From NCBI GenBank assembly GCA_023818965.1, contig JAMWCD010000003.1, positions 126,533-190,532 on the forward strand: a stretch of DNA of 64,000 nt, written 5' to 3'. The notes below the pieces were generated by a model. The model was not told the DNA's origin. It searched no databases and worked only from the letters and a program-made list of their open reading frames with translations. Below, piece by piece: positions 58,310 through 64,000 of this stretch (its first letter is position 1; each line of letters starts with the position of its first letter). A program made the position numbers and the translations under genes. The DNA is from Candidatus Omnitrophota bacterium (lineage in GTDB: Bacteria; Ratteibacteria; UBA8468; B48-G9; DTJG01).

Positions 58310-59586
58310 TATTTGAGTTCCTTTCTGTGTTTTGATATTTTTCTGAATGCATCAAGAATTTGCTCAAGATATTCAACATCGTATTCAATATCCCTCAACG
58401 ACGGAATTGCGATTCTTTCAAACAAAACCTTTTCAGCAACTGGATAATCTTCAATTTTATATTCAGGATGGTTTTTCAAAAAATGATACCAGATTGCATA
58501 CGCAGGTGAGTTTTCTCTCTCATTTAAGAGAGGTTGTCTAACAAGCGGAATATAACCAGGTCTTCCTTTTGCTGCGTCAACTCCTTCTGCCCTCAATGCT
58601 TCAATAATTTTTTCTCTTGGTATCCCATCAAATTGTTCAGGATAAAATCTTATCAAATAATTCAACCAGGCATGTTTTGTCACATACGGAGCAACATAAG
58701 CACCATCAAATCCCTCAATTGATGCAAGACCCCTGTTGATATATGAACAGTTTTTCATCTGAAGGGAATTTCTTTCTTCAAGATATTTTAATTCAATCAA
58801 AGCCATCGCGGCAGCAAATGGATGAATTCTGTATTTGTAGCCAAGATTCATAAAAGGAATATTTTCATTTGCTTTGTATTTATCGTATTTGCTTGATAGT
58901 TTCGATACTCTTTCATAATGTCCCAGCATAATGCATGATTCATAGAACTTCGTGTGATCAGTAACAAGAATTCCTGCTTCTCCACCTGTCATCAGTTTAC
59001 TTCCCTGAAGACTGAAGCATCCAATATCTCCAAGTTTTCCTGTGGGAATGCCTTTATATGCTGCGCCGTGAGAATGCGAAGCATCTTCAATTACTGCAAG
59101 ATTATATTTTTTTGCAATGTTATTGATACTATCCATATCAGCAGGATGACCATAAACATGGGTCACACATATTGCTCTTGTTTTTGATGTAATCTTTTGT
59201 TCAATTTTTGACGGGTCAATGTTCAGGGTCAGAGGCTCAATATCACAAAAAACAGGAATACCTCCAGCGCAAATGATAGGTGTAACCCCTAAATGCCATG
59301 TGTGAACAGATGTAATAATTTCATCTCCAGGCTCTTTTATAACAGAGAAAAATGCACTGTGAAGTGTTGCAGTGCCATTATTCATAGCAATGGCATATTT
59401 TGTGCCAGTATACTGTGCGAAATTTTTTTCAAGTTCTTCAACAACAGAAGATGCTGATATTTCTCTTTTTCTCAAAAGTTGTCTGACAAGCGTCTCCTGC
59501 TCGTCTACCATGGAGTTAAAGATTTCAGACGTTTTTGGTGTTTTCTGTACTGCCTTTTTTCCACCATTAATTGCTAAAATTCCCAT
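58309..59586 (-). CDS. DegT/DnrJ/EryC1/StrS family PLP-dependent aminotransferase (second copy)
   Basis: GDEIITSVHTWHLG and FSLQGSKLMTGGEAGILV. Confidence 0.85.
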   Translation of the reverse strand: MGILAINGGKKAVQKTPKTSEIFNSMVDEQETLVRQLLRKREISASSVVEELEKNFAQYTGTKYAIAMNNGTATLHSAFFSVIKEPGDEIITSVHTWHLGVTPIICAGGIPVFCDIEPLTLNIDPSKIEQKITSKTRAICVTHVYGHPADMDSINNIAKKYNLAVIEDASHSHGAAYKGIPTGKLGDIGCFSLQGSKLMTGGEAGILVTDHTKFYESCIMLGHYERVSKLSSKYDKYKANENIPFMNLGYKYRIHPFAAAMALIELKYLEERNSLQMKNCSYINRGLASIEGFDGAYVAPYVTKHAWLNYLIRFYPEQFDGIPREKIIEALRAEGVDAAKGRPGYIPLVRQPLLNERENSPAYAIWYHFLKNHPEYKIEDYPVAEKVLFERIAIPSLRDIEYDVEYLEQILDAFRKISKHRKELK

Positions 59587-59602
59587 AAGTCACCTCTTTG
59601 TT

Positions 59603-59611
59603 ATTATACCA
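59603..59611 (-). promoter_or_regulatory. extended -10 box TGGTATAAT for the DegT operon
   Basis: Minus strand TGGTATAAT, then AACAAAGAGGTGACTT, then ATG 59586 (short leader carrying a GAGGTG SD). Confidence 0.5.
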
Positions 59612-59641
59612 CACGAATGAATATTTTTTATCACACCGAAC

Positions 59642-59669
59642 TTGACACTTTCAGAAAATTGAATAACAT
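59642..59669 (+). promoter_or_regulatory. candidate promoter for the pseudopilin-led operon
   Basis: TTGACA (59642-59647), 16 nt, TAACAT (59664-59669). AAGGGGG SD before ATG 59694. Confidence 0.45.
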
Positions 59670-59693
59670 AAATGTTGAAAGGGGGTGAGAAAA

Positions 59694-60401
59694 ATGAGAA
59701 AAGGATTTACGCTTATAGAATTACTTGTGGTAATCGCAATCATTGCAATTCTTGCTGCAATGTTGCTTCCTGTTCTTTCAAGGGCAAGGGAAAATGCAAG
59801 ACGTGCAGTTTGTTTAAATAATCTCAAACAAATTGCCCTTGCAACACATATGTATTGTATTGATTACGATGGTTTTCCACCAAACCCAGCAGGTTTATCT
59901 GCTAGTACAGCACTTGTATGGGAGGGTAACGCAGGTGTAAATCTTTATTCAGGATTGGGGCATCTCATCGCAGGCTGGAGAATCTCAGGAAAGGGTAGGT
60001 ATATTACAAACCCTACAGGTATCAAATGTCCTTCATGCCGTGTGGGTGGATGGGCAAGTAATTTCAATCTTTATGCAAGATTTGAAGTTACAGGACAAAG
60101 GGCATTCACCAATTATGCATGGAATTCATCAAGTTATGTCTATGGTCCTCCAGCAAAAAAAATTGATAAAATTGAAAAACAGGGTTATGTTCTTGCCTGT
60201 GATGCCTGGTATCCGAATAACTTCTGGAATCATCCTGTTAGTGGCGGAATTCCTGATGGATTGAATGTTGTTTTTTATGACGGCTCAGCAAAATGGATTA
60301 ATGATAACACTCATTTCCTCTGGACAAGAGACCTTACATACGGCAATTATCTTTCCTATGGTAATATGTGGGCGTACATGAATAATAGTTTTTTGAAATA
60401 G
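59694..60401 (+). CDS. prepilin-type N-terminal cleavage/methylation domain protein, DUF1559 / H-X9-DG-like
   Basis: MRKG|[45 protein letters not shown]-terminal [14 protein letters not shown] 59694 is preferred to the track's GTG 59685. Confidence 0.85.
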   Translation: MRKGFTLIELLVVIAIIAILAAMLLPVLSRARENARRAVCLNNLKQIALATHMYCIDYDGFPPNPAGLSASTALVWEGNAGVNLYSGLGHLIAGWRISGKGRYITNPTGIKCPSCRVGGWASNFNLYARFEVTGQRAFTNYAWNSSSYVYGPPAKKIDKIEKQGYVLACDAWYPNNFWNHPVSGGIPDGLNVVFYDGSAKWINDNTHFLWTRDLTYGNYLSYGNMWAYMNNSFLK

Positions 60402-60427
60402 CACTAACCCATAAATAGAGGTGAGAA

Positions 60428-62782
60428 ATGAGTATCAGAGCCGTCCGGGGTTGGTTTTTGTTTGTTTTTTTTGCAAATATCGTTTTTGCTGGTGAATTGC
60501 ATATTACAATTTTCAATGCCAATCAATTTGCTATCTACCCACAGTATCCACTGGATGAATATGGAATTATTGAACACAGATATTTTTCAGTTAATCCCGA
60601 ATTTCTTGATAGTTTAAAAATTTCAAAAATTCTCTATATCGGGCAGACATTCAATCCTGATGCAATTTTTGAAAACGCTCAATATGCAAAAGCAGTAGAA
60701 GAGTTCCTTAAAAATGGTGGAACAATCTGGTTTGAATCATTTACATTTGGCAAACCTGCTACAACAAAATGGTTAAAACAAAACAACATTAATCTTCCTC
60801 CTCAGGATACAACCAATCAGGGTATTATTGTTGGAGTTCCTGCTTCTGATGTAAAGCATCCGATTTTGAAATCACCATATGAAATCAGTGATAAATATGG
60901 TTGCAAGGGACATTTTTGCTGGAGAAACTGGGATGAAAGTTTTGTTGCTCCATTTCGTTTGAGAAATGATCCAACTGGAGCAACAATGCTGATAAAGGAA
61001 AATGTTTTTGGTAGTGGCAAAATCATTTTCAATTGTATGTGGGCGCTGTCAACAACTGATTATGCTGGAAATGGTTTCTGGGGTGAGGGGCAGAAATTTC
61101 TGATGAACATTCTTTCCTATTGTTATGGCCAACCTATTACTGAAGCAAATGTAATTCCATTATTTAAAAAATTTAAGACACAACAATCCCTTGCATTGTG
61201 GCAAAAAAATCCGTATTTCCCACTTTCTGATTGTCCATCTGATGCTCCTGATAAATTCAAGTTAAACAACATTTCTTTCAAGGCATGCATCAATGAAGTT
61301 GTCAGTTTTCTTTTCTGCATCACAGCAGGTGAAAAAACAGGTCCTTTTGAAATTACAATTGAAAAAACCGATTTGAAGGGTGAAAATGGTGTGATTCCTT
61401 CCAAAAAAATTACAGTTTATGAACTTCAATTTTTCAAAGATTTTTCTGGTCGCTGGATTTATGACCCAATGCCGAAGATTGAAAAAATTTTAGTGCCACA
61501 GGGGGAGACAAGGCAGGTCTGGATATCTCTTGATACATTTGATATTAAACCTGGAACATATTCAGGAGAAATCATCTTAAAATATGAAAAGAAACAGCAA
61601 AAGATACCAGTGAATGTTACTTTATGGCAAGTTGAATTACAGAAGAAAAATCCATTGTATTTCTGTGTCTGGGACTATGTTCCAAATGAAGGAAGAACAA
61701 AACTTATTGGTGCCTGGGAAAACTGGAAAAATTATCACGAAGACCTTTTATCGCATGGAGTTAATGTGTTCCCTGTAATGAGTTTCAATCATCCAAATGT
61801 AAAGTGCGATAATGATGGAAATATTATTGCACCAATGGATTTTAAACTATTTGACCAGGAATTTTACACAAAAGAGAAGGGATACATTTATTTGATTTCA
61901 ACACCGCGTGTTTATGGTGCACCTTCTCATATTAAGTATCCGAGTAAAGAATACGATACAATGCTCCGGCAATGGGTAAAACAAATAATCTCACATTTAA
62001 AAGAACTTGGTCTTGATTATGACCAGTTTGCCTTTTATCCATGGGATGAATTGAGTTCAAGCAATGATATTCCAAATGCAATCAATGAATATAAAATTAT
62101 CAAGGAAGTTGACCCGAAGGCAAAGATTTTTCTTACTGTAGGTGGTAGTGGCATGGCACATTTTGATAGATTAAAAGATGTTAGCCCATATATTGAGATC
62201 TGGTGTCCGCATATTTTCTTTTATCGTTATTTCATCACAAATGATACAAAAAGAAAAGAAATTATTGACTTTATGAAATCAACAGGTGCAATGGTCTGGA
62301 GTTATGAAAACACAGGCAGATGGAAAACAAAGGATGATAATTATGTTTCTTTCAGATTAAAACCTGTTGGTGCATATCGTGCTGGTGTTGGTGGTTATGG
62401 ATTCTGGGCATACAATGTATGGAAAGGAAATCCCTGGGAGGTGTTTGATGAAAAGGGAAATGTAAAACAGGGAGCAGGGACTGAATCTCTTGCTGTTGTT
62501 TACAGTGGTCCTGAACCAGTGACAACACCAAGATGGGAAGGATTAAGAGAAGGTATGAACGATGTGAAATATTTTGAAGCATTGAAACAGGAAATAGAGA
62601 AGGCAAGAAAAAATAAGATTTCAGAAGATTTGATAAATGAAGCAGAAAATACAATAAATATTGCATTGAAGGAAATCACAGAAAAAATAGAAAACCCTGA
62701 ACTTCCACTAATCTGGAGAGAAAAAGTTGTAAATATGATTTTGAAATTGAGAAATACATCTACAAAACAATCACTGAAATAA
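60428..62782 (+). CDS. secreted 784-aa protein; possible DUF4091/GH123-like glycoside hydrolase with N-terminal GATase1-like domain
   Basis: Signal peptide WFLFVFFANIVFAG. KNGGTIWFESFTFG resembles ThuA/GATase-like folds. IWCPHI...MVWSYEN...GYGFWAYNVW resembles the DUF4091 C-terminal pattern as I recall it. GAGGTGA SD. The CDS itself is secure; the function call is tentative. Confidence 0.35.
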   Translation: MSIRAVRGWFLFVFFANIVFAGELHITIFNANQFAIYPQYPLDEYGIIEHRYFSVNPEFLDSLKISKILYIGQTFNPDAIFENAQYAKAVEEFLKNGGTIWFESFTFGKPATTKWLKQNNINLPPQDTTNQGIIVGVPASDVKHPILKSPYEISDKYGCKGHFCWRNWDESFVAPFRLRNDPTGATMLIKENVFGSGKIIFNCMWALSTTDYAGNGFWGEGQKFLMNILSYCYGQPITEANVIPLFKKFKTQQSLALWQKNPYFPLSDCPSDAPDKFKLNNISFKACINEVVSFLFCITAGEKTGPFEITIEKTDLKGENGVIPSKKITVYELQFFKDFSGRWIYDPMPKIEKILVPQGETRQVWISLDTFDIKPGTYSGEIILKYEKKQQKIPVNVTLWQVELQKKNPLYFCVWDYVPNEGRTKLIGAWENWKNYHEDLLSHGVNVFPVMSFNHPNVKCDNDGNIIAPMDFKLFDQEFYTKEKGYIYLISTPRVYGAPSHIKYPSKEYDTMLRQWVKQIISHLKELGLDYDQFAFYPWDELSSSNDIPNAINEYKIIKEVDPKAKIFLTVGGSGMAHFDRLKDVSPYIEIWCPHIFFYRYFITNDTKRKEIIDFMKSTGAMVWSYENTGRWKTKDDNYVSFRLKPVGAYRAGVGGYGFWAYNVWKGNPWEVFDEKGNVKQGAGTESLAVVYSGPEPVTTPRWEGLREGMNDVKYFEALKQEIEKARKNKISEDLINEAENTINIALKEITEKIENPELPLIWREKVVNMILKLRNTSTKQSLK

Positions 62783-62783
62783 A

Positions 62784-64000
62784 ATGTGCACCAGAAGAAT
62801 TTTCAAAATCTTTTCAATTTTCCTGTTGTTTTGGTTTTTCTCATTTTCTGCTTTTTCAGAAGAAAAAAGTGCACGATTGACTGACGGTGGAAAAATTATT
62901 CTTGAAAATGAATTCTTTCAGATAACTTTTGAACCTCAAAAAACAGGCAGGGCTACAAATCTTTTTTTCAAACCATGGTCTATTAACCTGACAACAAAGG
63001 ATGGATTTTTTGTTGATAGTTTCAGAGAAATAGGAGGAGAAGGAAAATTGTTTGACTTTGGTTTTCTGTATCCTGATTATCCATATCAGGCAGAAATTTT
63101 AAGTGATTCTGAAAATCTTGCAAAAATAAGATTTTCCTTGAAAATCGATGAAATTTACCCTGATTACAGTGGATGGATATTTCAAAAAGAGTATTCATTG
63201 AAAAAAGGAGAACCATTTATTTATGTCAGTATCAGGATGATTAACAATGGAAGCGAAAAGAAAAAATTTGCTTATAGACCAAGTCATCTTGTGCATTTTG
63301 AAAATCAAACTGTCTGGTACTATGTTCCTGATATTTCTGGCATTTTAATAGATTATGACCCTCCAATAGGAAGTGATGGAAGAGGTAGTCACGGTCTTTT
63401 TACTCTTTACCCATCTGGAGCATGGATTGGTTGTATTGCTGATACAATTCAAAAGGGTATTGTGTTCGAATTTGACTGGAAATATCTTGATAGTATTGAA
63501 GCATGGCTAAGCTCACGTGCAGGTTCTGTTGCCCAGTGGTTTTACAGGATATTTATGCTTTCTCCAGGTCAATCATGGGAAACAAATTATGTGATTTATC
63601 CCGTGCAGGGACTTTTTAATATCTCAGGTGCAAAATCAGGAATTGTTGGTTCATTAATGATAGGTACCAAAAATGAAACAGGAAAACCTTTGCAACGTGA
63701 CCAGTTAAAGCAGGGTAGTACGGTTCCAATAAAACTTCATGTTTACAGTGTAAAAGATAAAAAAATCAATTACAGGATTTCAGAAAAAATAAAAGGTAAC
63801 GTGCGTATTTTGAAACAGGGCGAAATTGAAATTGGAGGATTTTCGACTGCTGAAATTGAAACACCATGGACTGTTCCATCTGGAGACACACTTACTGTAA
63901 TTTCTGCTGAAATCAGTGATGAAAATAAACAATTGTTGACAATTGAGCAACCAGTTGAAACAGGAAGGAATATTGAACTTTATCAGGCAAAAATACCTGA
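62784..64000 (+). CDS. secreted hypothetical protein, N-terminal 405 codons (3' end outside window)
   Basis: Own translation from ATG 62784, one nt after the previous stop: MCTRRIFKIFSIFLLFWFFSFSAFSEEKSARLTDGGKIILENEFFQITFEPQKTGRATNLFF... It is open to the window end without stops. Absent from the ORF track because it is unterminated. Confidence 0.7.
   Translation, partial: MCTRRIFKIFSIFLLFWFFSFSAFSEEKSARLTDGGKIILENEFFQITFEPQKTGRATNLFFKPWSINLTTKDGFFVDSFREIGGEGKLFDFGFLYPDYPYQAEILSDSENLAKIRFSLKIDEIYPDYSGWIFQKEYSLKKGEPFIYVSIRMINNGSEKKKFAYRPSHLVHFENQTVWYYVPDISGILIDYDPPIGSDGRGSHGLFTLYPSGAWIGCIADTIQKGIVFEFDWKYLDSIEAWLSSRAGSVAQWFYRIFMLSPGQSWETNYVIYPVQGLFNISGAKSGIVGSLMIGTKNETGKPLQRDQLKQGSTVPIKLHVYSVKDKKINYRISEKIKGNVRILKQGEIEIGGFSTAEIETPWTVPSGDTLTVISAEISDENKQLLTIEQPVETGRNIELYQAKIP

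Noticed and set aside
1-64000. Scanned for CRISPR arrays, rRNA, transposases, integrases, phage genes, toxin-antitoxin pairs and known defence-system components.
   Set aside because: No spaced direct-repeat arrays, no rRNA-like sequence and no recognisable mobile-element or defence protein motifs were found. The window looks like core chromosome with glycan-metabolism islands.

Overview
This window is AT-rich (roughly one third G+C by eye, not computed) and very densely packed. I call about 57 protein genes and one tRNA-Arg(CCG). Many neighbouring genes share 1-11 nt overlaps of the ATGA type. The first 41 kb is almost entirely on the minus strand.

I found no rRNA, CRISPR array, transposase, integrase or phage genes. 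All family calls come from motif recognition in the supplied or my own translations; no homology search was possible.

**Housekeeping genes:** rpe (fragment), gmk, a polyprenyl synthase, alr, pyrF, rny, serA, dnaX-ybaB-recR, lipA, lpdA, rnd, ruvX, folP and tyrS.

**Glycan metabolism, interleaved with the above:**
- GH2, a HEXDC-like GH20 and GH38, plus several large uncharacterised proteins, both secreted and cytoplasmic.
- A Wza/Wzz export pair.
- Two DegT aminotransferases, a Gfo/Idh/MocA oxidoreductase, a xylose-isomerase-like TIM protein and a sugar nucleotidyltransferase.

**Main recurring oddity:** four prepilin-like proteins have a G|FTLIE leader and an H-X9-DG-like C-terminus. Each sits directly beside glycoside hydrolases or large secreted unknown proteins, at three separate loci. 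This is my best candidate for an undescribed glycan-handling module.

**Other items worth a second look:**
- A bare Hanks kinase overlapping a metallophosphoesterase, divergent from a HAD-PurM-superfamily fusion.
- An orphan receiver protein with atypical codon usage.
- Four genes whose -10 box lies 6-8 nt from the ATG with no Shine-Dalgarno (SD) sequence, suggesting leaderless mRNAs.
- tRNA-lpdA-lipA-SBP coupling.
- A 453-bp non-coding gap holding a decayed reading frame.

The prepilin-like genes, a Wza export protein and an LpxL-type acyltransferase suggest a diderm from a PVC-like or candidate phylum. I cannot place it further.
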